Source: a virus. From it: a stretch of DNA of 64,000 nt. The DNA lies in the IMG/VR virus record IMGVR_UViG_2858842621_000004. One strand, given 5' to 3'. Positions 28,208 through 38,685 of this stretch are shown here, one piece after another. The notes under the pieces are model-generated. The model was not told the origin of the DNA. It did no database searches and saw nothing but the letters and a program-made list of their open reading frames with translations. The first letter of the stretch is position 1, and each line of letters opens with the position of its first letter. The position numbers and the translations under genes are program-made.

Positions 28208-30877
28208 CTATGCGGGAGGGAAGTCGTTGTCGGAGTCGTAGACGCGCGCGTCATAGTTCACAGCAGAAACAGACACTTCAAAACTGCCTCTCGGATTAAC
28301 GCCTGTCACGAGGGCCGGAAAGACAAACGTCTCAGACTTTCCAAAGTACAGGTGCGGCAGCTCTTGGCTCAAGCTGATGGTTGGCCATGGTTGGGGAATT
28401 GCAGCTATGACTTCGTACTCGTCTGCACCAGGCGACGCCTCAAAAGGCCCAACCATCTTCCCATCCGGCCGACGATAGGCAACGATATGCTGCTCACCCG
28501 CATGCCAAGAAAGCGCTTCGCTGCTCCTCAAAATAGCCGCGCCATCGCCACCAGATGTGATAGAAACAAGCAGAGAGCTTTGACCATAGCCAGGGTCAGA
28601 TCCGAACAAAGCGATTCGATCCAGGTAATTGCTGTTGAGAGCGTCCAGCTCAGTCGAGAACGAATATTCCTTGCGTCGGTAGAACAGCGAGCGTCTCCGA
28701 CGCATGCCAATACGCCATGCGCGGGTCCGATTGGTCACGCCGTCGAGTGTGATTTTTTCTACCTTCGCGCCCACATCGCCTGGAAGACGGCATTGCACCG
28801 TTTCCTTGGCCCATGTCTCACCGTCAACGTACTCAACGTCTACGCCGTCATAGTCAGTAATGGACGAATGGCTAGAAATGGTGCGTCGAAGAGAACCACT
28901 CATATTCTGAGGGGAATAAGACTGCTCCCAATTGGCTCGCACGTCTTCTCGAACCGGTCGGACGAGCCCATCGCCACATGTGAATTCGCCCATGCCCGCA
29001 CCGAAGGCAACTGAAAGGGCCTCCTTGACTGTCGTGGCATCAAAGACATAGTCCAGCGTGTCGCCTCTGTTCTTCCAAATCTCATGTAGACGTACCATTT
29101 CGTCCATATCTATGAGATCGTCAGAAATCCCAGAAGAATTGAGAATGTACCTAGCGAACGCGCTGATATCACGAGTCGGCTGGGGTAAGGACCAGGTGCC
29201 ATCCTGCAGCAGTGTAGGAAGTACGCGAGTCGGCGTAACGTTGATCTGGTTTTCGCTCTGCGCCCCAAGCTTACCCCCGCTTCTCAGGTTCACGGCCAGC
29301 GTAGTCCAGTTCGGGTACTGAAACTGATCCGGGAGCCTCGCCTTAAGACCATACCATTGGCACTTGTCTTGGACCTGCGTACTGGTGGACTCCGCGCCGA
29401 CGCGGCGTACTCGAACAGCCGGAGCCATGGGAGCAATTGCAAATTGCTCCGTAAATCCGATCTGGTCTACCGTAGCATCGGAGAAGGTCCGCGAGATGGT
29501 GACTCGAGGTCCCCCGGTCGCGTTTCTATATTGGTACTCAACGCTCACCGAACGGGTCTCAACGTCCCCTTCGTCAGACAGGTGACAGAGGCCCTGCGGG
29601 AAGAAGATATCGATCTCGATCAGGCTGGTGAGGCTACCCGGTGGCGTAGCGATGAACTCACTAGACCATTCGCCGTAGATGGTTCCTCCGGAAAAAACAA
29701 CCCGAGTTGTCAATGATCCGGCCTCAAACCCACCAGGGGATACAGTGGCGGACGTCGAGTCAAACGCCGTGATTGCACGGTCGAGATCCGAGCCAAATAG
29801 GTAGACCACACCCGTTCCTGGAGGCACCAGCACAACACCCCCACCGGTCGCATTCGAAAATTCGATGGTGAATCTGCCGGATCCGAGTGGAGTTGATTGC
29901 CGTACTGACCAGCGCTCTGCGGAGCCAAACGGCCCGACTTGCAACACCTGGCCAACCGACACGCTGGGGATGTGGCCGAAGTAGCCAGTAAACTGACTTA
30001 TCTGGTAGCCAGGATCCGGGCCACTCGGCGGCACATTTCGAGTCGTGATGTTATAGGACCTGGGGTACTCGATAGAAATAGTTGTTCCAGTCCCCCATCC
30101 ACTCGGAAATTCACCATCTGAACGAGTGATGGTGCTACCGGTCATGGCGTACGAGGTCGGGTCCACGTTTTCACGATTCCCCAGGTCCGTCGTCATTTCA
30201 AGACCCGCCGAACCAGAGGAGGTTCCTCCGACTTCCGGCGTCGTGTGCCATATCTGCGCCGCGACAATCGACGAAAGATCAGCGTTTGGGGAGAACACGC
30301 CATACCACGCATCATCGCCCAGCTGGTTGAACGGGGTAGACCCGACCTTGACACTCTCGTCCGGAACGATATAGCTGCCTGGACCGATATTCGCAAGGAA
30401 AACAAGCCACTGCTCCCGCTTGTTGACAAAATATCGCCGCGGCGGCGTCAGATAGTCGACAAAGCGCCGGTATGTTCCTGCCGGCTCTGGCACAACACTT
30501 GCCAGTTTCGCAGTGTTCGCCTTTCCTTGAGACGCCTTAAGCTCAGTACCCTGGGGCGTCTCAGACCAACCGGAGCCCCGTGAACGGCCGCCCAGAAAGC
30601 TAAAGAGCTTTCCGATGATTGAGCCCAGCGCCTTAAAAATGCCACCCATAGGAACAATGTTGATGCGCAGCACGACATCCGCGGGGAGCATTTCAGCCCA
30701 ACGGTCGCGCGGGAAAAGGGCGTCTCCGACATATGCGGAAAACCGCTGGATAGCGTGCTCGCGCCACTGCGGGATGACTGAATCCAGATAGCTTTCGAAA
30801 TGCCCATCCCAGTCCAGCGATTCCACGCATACGTCTAGCGCTGGTGCCGAATAGATTTCAATCCGCATAGTAGACAA
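28208..30877 (-). CDS. Tail tip / host specificity protein (J-like)
   Basis: Size, position, FFPQGL, VEYVDGETW, AVNYDARVY motifs. Confidence 0.8.
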   Translation of the reverse strand: MSTMRIEIYSAPALDVCVESLDWDGHFESYLDSVIPQWREHAIQRFSAYVGDALFPRDRWAEMLPADVVLRINIVPMGGIFKALGSIIGKLFSFLGGRSRGSGWSETPQGTELKASQGKANTAKLASVVPEPAGTYRRFVDYLTPPRRYFVNKREQWLVFLANIGPGSYIVPDESVKVGSTPFNQLGDDAWYGVFSPNADLSSIVAAQIWHTTPEVGGTSSGSAGLEMTTDLGNRENVDPTSYAMTGSTITRSDGEFPSGWGTGTTISIEYPRSYNITTRNVPPSGPDPGYQISQFTGYFGHIPSVSVGQVLQVGPFGSAERWSVRQSTPLGSGRFTIEFSNATGGGVVLVPPGTGVVYLFGSDLDRAITAFDSTSATVSPGGFEAGSLTTRVVFSGGTIYGEWSSEFIATPPGSLTSLIEIDIFFPQGLCHLSDEGDVETRSVSVEYQYRNATGGPRVTISRTFSDATVDQIGFTEQFAIAPMAPAVRVRRVGAESTSTQVQDKCQWYGLKARLPDQFQYPNWTTLAVNLRSGGKLGAQSENQINVTPTRVLPTLLQDGTWSLPQPTRDISAFARYILNSSGISDDLIDMDEMVRLHEIWKNRGDTLDYVFDATTVKEALSVAFGAGMGEFTCGDGLVRPVREDVRANWEQSYSPQNMSGSLRRTISSHSSITDYDGVDVEYVDGETWAKETVQCRLPGDVGAKVEKITLDGVTNRTRAWRIGMRRRRSLFYRRKEYSFSTELDALNSNYLDRIALFGSDPGYGQSSLLVSITSGGDGAAILRSSEALSWHAGEQHIVAYRRPDGKMVGPFEASPGADEYEVIAAIPQPWPTISLSQELPHLYFGKSETFVFPALVTGVNPRGSFEVSVSAVNYDARVYDSDNDFPPA

Positions 30878-31250
30878 CCTTGGAATATCTGGATTCGAAC
30901 TGACCTATCCTCGTTAGGCATGGCCCTGAAGGCTTGTCCGTTTCCAGGATTCGGAGGCCACCATTGGCCTCGACCACCAGGCCGACATGAACGCATACGC
31001 GACCGTGCCAAGCAGTGGCCACGTGCCCCGGCGCTGGCGGTGCGTCGTTCATGTGGTAGTCTTTAGCCACACGGGCGACCTCACGGGTTATGACCGGTAC
31101 CAAGCCTGGCTTTGCGTCCGCACACTCAGGAAGCAGCCGCGCCCCATACAGGGCGACTCGCGCAGCTCTGACCAGCCCGTAGCAGTCATACGCCTCCGGC
31201 CCTCGGCCGCCTTCCACATAGCGAGTGCCCAAGAACTGCTCAAGATTCAT
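30858..31250 (-). CDS. NlpC/P60-like tail assembly protein
   Basis: GGRGP..YDCYGLVR...HVGLV. Confidence 0.8.
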   Translation of the reverse strand: MNLEQFLGTRYVEGGRGPEAYDCYGLVRAARVALYGARLLPECADAKPGLVPVITREVARVAKDYHMNDAPPAPGHVATAWHGRVCVHVGLVVEANGGLRILETDKPSGPCLTRIGQFESRYSKVVYYAD

Positions 31251-31729
31251 AGATATCGGATACCAGGAGCGTTCTGTGCCGTGTAGAGTTCTCGCGGCCA
31301 GCGCTGATTGAGGGCATCAAAGAACCCCGCGCTCAGTTGTGCCTCTCCATCCTGTAGAGATCCACCGATAAGGTCCATCACGTACGGCCTGCGTGCCGGC
31401 TGGCTCTTGTCGCTTTCGAGGTATTCGCGGTAGGTGATTTTCACCGGCTCGCCCGACTCCAGAGCTCTATCGAAGTACTTCTGCACCAGACTGTTTACCC
31501 CGGCAACTCCGAAATTGAGTGTCTGCATCCCAGAAGTGTTTTTTGACGGCAACGAGATGGATAGTGACCCAGCCTCAAAGAGCATTCCGCTCAAGACCTG
31601 GTCTTCGAAACCAGAACAAATCCGAATGGGAGTTTCCCCAGCGATGACAATCTCGAGAGTAGGGATAATCAATTCCCCCGCTGGAGCGCTGGCATACACT
31701 TCCGCCAAGATGCTCATGGTTTCGGCCAC
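31247..31729 (-). CDS. Minor tail protein (DUF1833, L-like)
   Basis: YASAP...TLEI, YREYL..D...P, PGIRY; synteny. Confidence 0.75.
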   Translation of the reverse strand: MAETMSILAEVYASAPAGELIIPTLEIVIAGETPIRICSGFEDQVLSGMLFEAGSLSISLPSKNTSGMQTLNFGVAGVNSLVQKYFDRALESGEPVKITYREYLESDKSQPARRPYVMDLIGGSLQDGEAQLSAGFFDALNQRWPRELYTAQNAPGIRYL

Positions 31730-32175
31730 TCCCTATTCATCGCAAAATCGAAGATTTCAGGGTTAGCCACAAAGCTCGGGAGCAGCCACCACTCATCAGG
31801 CAATAGCGGGCGCTCCCACACTTCAAGTGTGGCCGAATACTGCCACCGATTCACTCCCCAGGCGATCGGACCGTTGTAGATTCCCGATATACGACAAGCC
31901 AACATCACGTACCCCATTGGGTGCCGCAGCGGTATGTTGAACCACTCGGCGCCGTCTTTCAGGGCCGTTTTGTACCAAAGCTCAAACAGGCGAGCCTGCG
32001 CACTTGTCATTACCCAGGTCGCTGACCGCATGACGGGCACAGATGAGAATTTCCGCCGCTGCCGGGCGCGACCTGAATCCATATTGGTGCGCTGATTGGG
32101 CGACACCACCGAATATTGGTTGCTCGCCCATAGCGGAGCCGGCAGCTCATCGGGGTAGTTGATAGTGCTTTGCAT
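31714..32175 (-). CDS. Distal tail protein
   Basis: RTNMDSGRARQRR, FELWY...LKDGAEWF; follows tape measure. Confidence 0.75.
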   Translation of the reverse strand: MQSTINYPDELPAPLWASNQYSVVSPNQRTNMDSGRARQRRKFSSVPVMRSATWVMTSAQARLFELWYKTALKDGAEWFNIPLRHPMGYVMLACRISGIYNGPIAWGVNRWQYSATLEVWERPLLPDEWWLLPSFVANPEIFDFAMNREWPKP

Positions 32176-32177
32176 CT

Positions 32178-35153
32178 TTACCGCCCTTGACGCGTTGTGC
32201 CATATGTCGACTCGATGGCCTGCGACATTTCCCCCCCGCCCCTAATGTCCGCCACGAAAGCGTCGACGGTAAGAAATTGGCCGTCGCGAGTTTGAGTAAC
32301 CTCACCAGCCCTCGATCTGTCTTCTATCAAGTTGACATTGACCATCGGCCATCCTTGCGTCGACTCACCCTGCCCCGTAGCGTCCCGATTGCTTACCACT
32401 TCTCCACGGCGGTTAGGCAGCATGTATTGCTGACCGTTCGCCGCATTGAAGATTTCCGGCTGGCCGTTCTCATTGATGCGGTACATTTTTGCCGCATCCA
32501 CGCCACCGCCATACAACCGGCCTCCACCAACCATTGCCAGACCCTCGGCAAGGCCAACCGTCGAAGATATGCCAGCCATAGCGGGTGCCGAGTTAGCCCC
32601 GAACGATGCTAAAGATGCCAATGCGGCCGGAACTGCCCACGCTGTTGCGAGCGTGGCGGCTTGAGCGATGCCAAATGCCGTCGCCGCAGCCCCCGCAGCC
32701 TTACCCATGATCAGGTTCTTGACATACTGGATCCCCATCTGCACCAGGGCTGAGACACCCTGCTTGAGAATCGCCCCTGCCAATGCCTTTATGGCGTCTT
32801 CGCCGGTTGTGGCGCCGGTGGCAATGCCTACCAGCGTGTCGGCGGCACTAGCCCCCAACTGATCCAGGCTGGACATCAGCAACTCGTTCCAGGTCGACTG
32901 GCGGCGGAAGTTCTCCTCCTGCAGCATTCGAGCCCGCTCGTCATATGCGGTCTCGGCTTGGGCCTTCAACTCTAGGTAGCGTTGGTCCTCGAGAAGCTTC
33001 GCCTCATTGAGCTTGCGCAGGTTCTCAATCTGGGTCTGAAACTCCATCTGCGCGCCGGCGATAGGATCGACTTGGCCCAGCAGCTTTTTGTTCTGCTCAG
33101 CTTCGTTCACCATGCTGATGGCGCGCGCCAGCGCCTCGACCTGGGCCACCTGCTCTGGAGTAGCGAATGGATTCAAGGCCGCCTTGGCCTTCACCACCTC
33201 CAACTCGGCCCCGGCTAACCCTGCCTCGTAAAGAGCGGTCGCCAGCCCGTCGATAACCTTCTGGTTCTCCTTGGCCGCCTCAGTCGACTTCTTAGTGCCG
33301 TCAACGCCCTTTCTCTGAGCTTGCTCCAGATCGTAAATCGTAGTGGCGAGCTTTTCCGCCTCAGCGCGCTCCTGCGCCGTTGCGTTCGCACCGAGCTTCT
33401 GGATTGCCTGCAGGCGCGCCCGAGCCGCGCCAGTCAGCCTGGCCAACTCAAGTTCGTCGCGCATACCCTGGAGGCGCTTAGCTACTTCAGGGTCAGATTC
33501 AGGCGCGGAAGGTACAGCCGATGTGCGCTCGCGTGGCTTCTGATTGGCAAGCCTCTCCTGGAGCTCATAGAGCTTTTGCAGCCTGCCGTTTACCTCGTCA
33601 AGGTTGGCACGCTGCTCCACCAGAGTCCGATTCGCGTTCTCTAGTCCGTCGGCGCCCAGGTTGGCGCCGCGCTGTTGCGCCTTTTGCAGCTCAATGATGT
33701 CCTTCGTTATCGTGGACACGCTGCGCGAAGCTTCGCGCGCTTCCTTTTCGATCTGCTGGATCGCATCGCCGACTTGGATGCGGCGAAGCTCTAGTTGAGC
33801 CTGAGTCAGGTTGTCAACGGCGTTAGCCAGCTCGTCAACGTTGGGAGCCGCCTTTTTGGAGTTGTCGCCGAATAGGTATACCCCAGCCGCAGCAGTAGCG
33901 AGCAGGCCGATGATTCCTGCCGGCCCACCCAACATGGCAACTAGCCCAGTTCCGGCCGCTGTCGCAGTTCTCTGGGCTGCAGCCAAGGCAGTTTGCGCGG
34001 CACGATGGGCATTGGCGGCAGCCGTAGAAGCCGCCAGCGAGCCTCCTAGCCTCACCTGAGCAGCGGCTTGGCCCGCGGCAGCAGCGGCTGCCTTCTCGTT
34101 GGCTACGGCCTGCTCAAGGGCGGCAGCCGCTTGGGCTTTCGCCCCGAGCGCAGCGCGCGCGTTGGCCACAGTTGATGCGGTAAGGCTGGCAAGATATCTC
34201 GCCATAGCCCCTGCGCCAATAGCCAACAAAGCGGAGACTAGCGTTTGCAGGTTCTCGGCGAGCGTCAACACCGCCTTGGACAATACGCCAGTCGCACCCG
34301 TTGACCGGTTGGCCTCCCCAACCATAGCGGATAGGTTGTTGCGAAGCGCGGTGAAAGCATCTTTGATGGTCGTTGCCATCCCATCCGCGGCTTTCTTATT
34401 CTCGTCCAAGGACGTGCGCAGACCTTCTGACAACTGTCGTGCGGTCAGCTGGCCATTCACGCCAAGTCTTCGCACCTCCTCGGCACTCTTCCCGGTGGCC
34501 GCTGCAACGTCCCCAACGACAGTTGGGATCGCAGCCAGGATAGTTTCCCACGCGTCGGCCTCAACGCGGCCTTTGTTCAGCACCTTGCTGAAGGCATCGG
34601 TTGCGCTCTTGGCCCGGTCAACGCTCGTGGCGTTCTTCACGAACGAGTATGACAGCGAGTCCGTCACGTCGAGCGCCGCTTCCGTGTCATAGCCCATCGA
34701 TTTGAGGGCGGCCGAAGTGCGGATGTATAGCTCTTGCGCCTCAGCAAGGGACCGGTAGGTCTTGTTCGACGTCTCGAGCAGCCGCGTCTGCACCGTGTTG
34801 TACTCAGCGGCGCTGGACGTGGCCATCTGCAACCGCTCGGCCATTTCGTTGTAGGCCTCCGCCATCTGGATCAGGCCGGATACGCCTTGAAGCGATATCA
34901 CTCCAGCCAGAACTCCAGACAGGCCCTTCAACGCAGAGGTCGACGCAGTGGCCTCACGCCCCAGTCCCTTAACTGCCACCGCCGTCTTGGTCATCTGGAA
35001 TTGGGCTTGGTTGGCAGCCTTATCCGTCTGGTCGAAACGCTTGTTCATTTTGTCCAGCGTCGAATCGACACTGGCGGAGCTATTGACGAGCTTCGACGTG
35101 TCGGCCTCTACCTCGTAGTAGATCGACCCGACATTCATTCCGCCTGCCATCAA
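32178..35153 (-). CDS. Tape measure protein
   Basis: 991 aa, Ala-rich helical, tape-measure N-terminal domain. Confidence 0.9.
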   Translation of the reverse strand: MMAGGMNVGSIYYEVEADTSKLVNSSASVDSTLDKMNKRFDQTDKAANQAQFQMTKTAVAVKGLGREATASTSALKGLSGVLAGVISLQGVSGLIQMAEAYNEMAERLQMATSSAAEYNTVQTRLLETSNKTYRSLAEAQELYIRTSAALKSMGYDTEAALDVTDSLSYSFVKNATSVDRAKSATDAFSKVLNKGRVEADAWETILAAIPTVVGDVAAATGKSAEEVRRLGVNGQLTARQLSEGLRTSLDENKKAADGMATTIKDAFTALRNNLSAMVGEANRSTGATGVLSKAVLTLAENLQTLVSALLAIGAGAMARYLASLTASTVANARAALGAKAQAAAALEQAVANEKAAAAAAGQAAAQVRLGGSLAASTAAANAHRAAQTALAAAQRTATAAGTGLVAMLGGPAGIIGLLATAAAGVYLFGDNSKKAAPNVDELANAVDNLTQAQLELRRIQVGDAIQQIEKEAREASRSVSTITKDIIELQKAQQRGANLGADGLENANRTLVEQRANLDEVNGRLQKLYELQERLANQKPRERTSAVPSAPESDPEVAKRLQGMRDELELARLTGAARARLQAIQKLGANATAQERAEAEKLATTIYDLEQAQRKGVDGTKKSTEAAKENQKVIDGLATALYEAGLAGAELEVVKAKAALNPFATPEQVAQVEALARAISMVNEAEQNKKLLGQVDPIAGAQMEFQTQIENLRKLNEAKLLEDQRYLELKAQAETAYDERARMLQEENFRRQSTWNELLMSSLDQLGASAADTLVGIATGATTGEDAIKALAGAILKQGVSALVQMGIQYVKNLIMGKAAGAAATAFGIAQAATLATAWAVPAALASLASFGANSAPAMAGISSTVGLAEGLAMVGGGRLYGGGVDAAKMYRINENGQPEIFNAANGQQYMLPNRRGEVVSNRDATGQGESTQGWPMVNVNLIEDRSRAGEVTQTRDGQFLTVDAFVADIRGGGEMSQAIESTYGTTRQGR

Positions 35154-35779
35154 TGAACCCCTTTAGCTGCCTTTCGCTTTGCTTCGATCTTGTCGAACCA
35201 CGCCATGGTGGCGTCATGCTGTTCTTTGGTAGGCGCCTTCGCACCCGGTGCGTTGCTTTCGACAGGAGGGAACTTTGCCCTCAGTGCGCCAACCAGACCT
35301 GTCATCGTCATGTTCCAAGCGTCGCGTTCAGAAACGCCCAGATGCGCCATTGCTATGGCCACATGTTCACGAGCAACGAACTCTTTGACGTAGGTCGGCT
35401 CGTCATCTCCAGGTCGCCGCGGCAGCGGCTGCAGGGCGCCAGTTATGCCATGCTTCAAAAGACACCGAGCTAGCGGAACAACATGATCTGCGGGCGCTGA
35501 GCCCGGCACATACCGAAGTGTCCCGTTATCTTCCTCGTAAGTGCCGAACAGCGCCGAAGGATCCGCTTCGCCTTCCGTACAGGCATAGATGACGCCCAAA
35601 GCAGCCTGAAAGAGCCCGTCTGCCTGCGCCTCATTGTCCGCCTCACCCATGACCGTCGCAAACGTCCCGACAATCTCAACGGGGTCACCCAACCGAGACA
35701 TCGCGTACAAGGAAGGGCGAAGGCGGACCTCCTGCCCTTCAGAGTACACGCCTATCTCCCCGACTTCGGTCAGGATCAT
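35150..35779 (-). CDS. Tail assembly chaperone-like protein
   Basis: Between major tail and tape measure; LRPSLYAM.RLG.P.EIV. Confidence 0.65.
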   Translation of the reverse strand: MILTEVGEIGVYSEGQEVRLRPSLYAMSRLGDPVEIVGTFATVMGEADNEAQADGLFQAALGVIYACTEGEADPSALFGTYEEDNGTLRYVPGSAPADHVVPLARCLLKHGITGALQPLPRRPGDDEPTYVKEFVAREHVAIAMAHLGVSERDAWNMTMTGLVGALRAKFPPVESNAPGAKAPTKEQHDATMAWFDKIEAKRKAAKGVH

Positions 35780-35781
35780 CT

Positions 35782-36780
35782 CTACGGCGCGGTAACAGTC
35801 ACCGGAACGGTCACGCTCACCGCGGGACGGGCGGCGCTGGTGATCTTGACGCTGGTCGTGCCTTCAGCCACGCCCGTGATCAAACCGACATTGCTGACGG
35901 TGGCCACGGCCGGGGAAGCGCTCTCGTAGACCAACCCAGGGGCAGCGCCCGAGGGCGAGACAGACGCGGTCAGCGCTTGCGTTGCGCCCTCAGCCACAGA
36001 TACGGCGGTCGGCGAAACGTTGATGCCTTGGACCAGCGGGACTACCGTAAGGGCAACAGTGTCGGTCACCCCTGGCGCAACGCTCGACGCCGCGGTAATC
36101 GTCACCGAGCCAGCGGCTAGAGCCGTGATCTGGCCGCTCACCTGGTTCACCGTAGCGATGGACGGGTTGGACGAGGTCCAGCGCAGCGACTGAGACGCAC
36201 CCACCGGCAGTACCACGGCTTCCGCGTCGAAAGTCTGGCCTACCGTCAGGCTCAGCGTCGACGGGATCACTTCGACGCTAGTCGGGTCAGCGGCGTCCGG
36301 GTTGGGGGTGTCTTCAACGATGAGGCCGAAGTCGCTGCCGGTTGCGCTCGCTTCCAGGCTGAACGTCACGACATCATCAAACGGCGCGCTGCGGCTCATA
36401 TTCGAAACCAGCATATACGCCGTGAACGTCAGGTCCGGGAACGTCATACGCATCCAAGCCACAGGCTGTCCGCCAGTCGCGTCGGGACGCGCAACATGCT
36501 TGGTGAGATCGATCAGATTTTCCGAGCCGGCGCCGGACGCCTTTGCAGTACCGTCACCAGAGATGCTCAGGGTCTGGAAGGTGGCGATGTTTTCGCGCAG
36601 CGCGCCTACCGAGTCATCGGCGGTGGCATCGGCCGTTTCCCATTCCAGCGTGAATTCCTTGGTTCTCAGGGCGGCGAAACGCTTCCAATCCGTCTCGGCC
36701 GGCAGTTGATCGCCGCAGCCGATGTGGTACTCCAGGACCACGTCACGGCCAACATACTTCTGGTTCTTGCAAGTAGCCAT
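35782..36780 (-). CDS. Major tail tube protein with two C-terminal Ig-like domains
   Basis: Tube domain then W.SSNPSIATV and YESASPAVATV Big-2-like repeats; start at MATCK. Confidence 0.85.
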   Translation of the reverse strand: MATCKNQKYVGRDVVLEYHIGCGDQLPAETDWKRFAALRTKEFTLEWETADATADDSVGALRENIATFQTLSISGDGTAKASGAGSENLIDLTKHVARPDATGGQPVAWMRMTFPDLTFTAYMLVSNMSRSAPFDDVVTFSLEASATGSDFGLIVEDTPNPDAADPTSVEVIPSTLSLTVGQTFDAEAVVLPVGASQSLRWTSSNPSIATVNQVSGQITALAAGSVTITAASSVAPGVTDTVALTVVPLVQGINVSPTAVSVAEGATQALTASVSPSGAAPGLVYESASPAVATVSNVGLITGVAEGTTSVKITSAARPAVSVTVPVTVTAP

Positions 36781-36793
36781 TAGCGGCCTCCAG

Positions 36794-37165
36794 TTATAAA
36801 AGCACTTCGAAATCAAGCGAATACCAGGGGCGGTTCTCGCTCGTGTAGCCGGGGCCGACGGCTTCGCCGACCGCGCGCACAGACGCAGCGCCACAAGGCG
36901 ACGAATCGCCTAAAGCAGCCTGGGCCAGTGATTCCATGGTTTGTTCGACAGAGATCGCGTGCTTGCGCCCATCCCTGGGGCCAAGCAGGATCACTTTGAA
37001 ACGGACAATTCGGTCGTCAACGTCTGGTGCTGGCCCGCCCGTCTGTTGCAGCGAGGCAATGAAGGCACCGTTAACCGACGGGCTGTCTACCCACATGCCG
37101 CGGCTGTACAGGTAACCCGGGCCCACGATGGACGTCACCCATTCAACAAAGGCGTCAAACACCAT
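36794..37165 (-). CDS. Tail terminator-like protein
   Basis: Synteny and size. Confidence 0.6.
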   Translation of the reverse strand: MVFDAFVEWVTSIVGPGYLYSRGMWVDSPSVNGAFIASLQQTGGPAPDVDDRIVRFKVILLGPRDGRKHAISVEQTMESLAQAALGDSSPCGAASVRAVGEAVGPGYTSENRPWYSLDFEVLL

Positions 37166-37592
37166 AAGTCCTCTTAAGAATGGCCGGGATCGCGCCTTTG
37201 ATTTGGTCAAAGCCCTTAGTCAGAAATTTGGGTTCAGCATTGGGATCCCAGTAGTTCCCATTTCCCGTCCCGCCACCGAAGGCCACGCCCGCCCGAGTCT
37301 TGCCAAAGTCAGCCCGTGGCTTTCCCTTCAGCTTTCCGGAGGCTTCATGGACCGCCGCCGCATACCCAGCGGTGTATCCAACAGAACCCGAGACCTTGCT
37401 TTCCTTCACGTCTATCTGCGGCGCATATTGGCTGTTGACCAGGTTGCTCGTGTCAATCGGAGTCATCTGGGCTGCCATTGCCGAGCCCTGGGACAGCGTC
37501 TCATAGACGGCACGCTCGGTCTTGCCTTCGCCAATGTCCTTTACAGCTATGCGAAAGCCACGCTTGACGCGCTCGATTCCCTTGACAGGCAT
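37155..37592 (-). CDS. Tail completion protein (HK97 gp10-like)
   Basis: TPIDTSNL.NS, YAAAVHE, PKFL.K. Confidence 0.75.
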   Translation of the reverse strand: MPVKGIERVKRGFRIAVKDIGEGKTERAVYETLSQGSAMAAQMTPIDTSNLVNSQYAPQIDVKESKVSGSVGYTAGYAAAVHEASGKLKGKPRADFGKTRAGVAFGGGTGNGNYWDPNAEPKFLTKGFDQIKGAIPAILKRTYGV

Positions 37593-37593
37593 T

Positions 37594-37914
37594 TCAGGTC
37601 ACCAGTTTCAGATCCGGCTCTTCACCGAAGAACGACATATCCCAGTTCGTCACCGAGCGGATCTCTTCCCAGCCGCTAGAGCCATCAAAGCTGATCTGAT
37701 CCAAGTATTTGGGGCGCCTGTCCTCAGTGAAGATTTCATGCTTAGACACGAACTCAGCGCCGTCATTCGCCCTGACCTGCTGGCTCTTGGCTGCCCAAGT
37801 GCAAGCGATCTCAAATTCAGGACCGTAGACGGTTTCGCCGGTCATCATGTCGATCGACATGAACGGCCGGATGGTCGCTACGTTCGTATAGCTCCAGTTA
37901 GCAGTGGCGCTCAT
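37594..37914 (-). CDS. Head closure protein
   Basis: Start MSATANWSY with ATGA overlap; synteny. Confidence 0.6.
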   Translation of the reverse strand: MSATANWSYTNVATIRPFMSIDMMTGETVYGPEFEIACTWAAKSQQVRANDGAEFVSKHEIFTEDRRPKYLDQISFDGSSGWEEIRSVTNWDMSFFGEEPDLKLVT

Positions 37915-38300
37915 CCGTGGCACCCGCCCTTGGCGATCCACATGCCAGCGAAGGCCTTTTTCGTCGGGTCCGGCGGGATCAACCCCGACGTGCACCCGAA
38001 CTTGTCTAGGCCGCGCAGCAGCGACAGCGTACCGCTCCACCGGTCGGCGAACCCTTGATACCGGAACGAGCGCGCCGCTCCGCTGGGAGCCGTCTGACTG
38101 CTGATGTAGCGGTCGCCCTGACCGAGCCCCATCAAGGCCAACAGGTAAAGCTGGATCAGAAGAGCTGTGGCCGGCGTATAGTGCGCGTCCAGACATTCCT
38201 GGATGCTGTTGGCCTGGTCGACGAGAGCCGCCAGGACGAAATCCGGCAGGACGATCCCCTGGCCTTCCAGATACTGCTTGGCTTGGTCGATCGTCACCAT
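37911..38300 (-). CDS. Head-tail adaptor
   Basis: ISSQTAPSGAARSF motif; synteny. Confidence 0.65.
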   Translation of the reverse strand: MVTIDQAKQYLEGQGIVLPDFVLAALVDQANSIQECLDAHYTPATALLIQLYLLALMGLGQGDRYISSQTAPSGAARSFRYQGFADRWSGTLSLLRGLDKFGCTSGLIPPDPTKKAFAGMWIAKGGCHG

Positions 38301-38367
38301 GTCCGGACCTCAAAATAGAAATGGCCCCACCACCAGGCGGGGCCAAAAGAAAACCGCCCGTAGGCGG

Positions 38368-38676
38368 TTAGTTGGCGGCAGGCTTCAGCGGATCGCCATC
38401 GGGCAGCAGGGAAACCAGTTCTTCAGCGCTTTTCCGGCCGTCGTACTTGATCCCCAGCTCCTTCAGTCGGCCGGCGATGGTCGACTTGGCCAGGTCGGCG
38501 CCAGCAACTGCGTCGGGCGACGCGGGCACAAGCACCACGCCGTCATCCGCCTTGCGAATCCGTGTTCGGTACAGCGGATGGGCGGCCTGCTCCGGCGACA
38601 GTTCGATCACGGCGCCGGGCAATAGCACCTCAGCACCGATGATCTTGCGCAGAAGTACGTACTTTGCTTTTGCCAT
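38368..38676 (-). CDS. Hypothetical head-region protein
   Basis: LKELGIKYDGRKS..EL motif; follows capsid gene. Confidence 0.6.
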   Translation of the reverse strand: MAKAKYVLLRKIIGAEVLLPGAVIELSPEQAAHPLYRTRIRKADDGVVLVPASPDAVAGADLAKSTIAGRLKELGIKYDGRKSAEELVSLLPDGDPLKPAAN

Positions 38677-38685
38677 GGTTCCCCC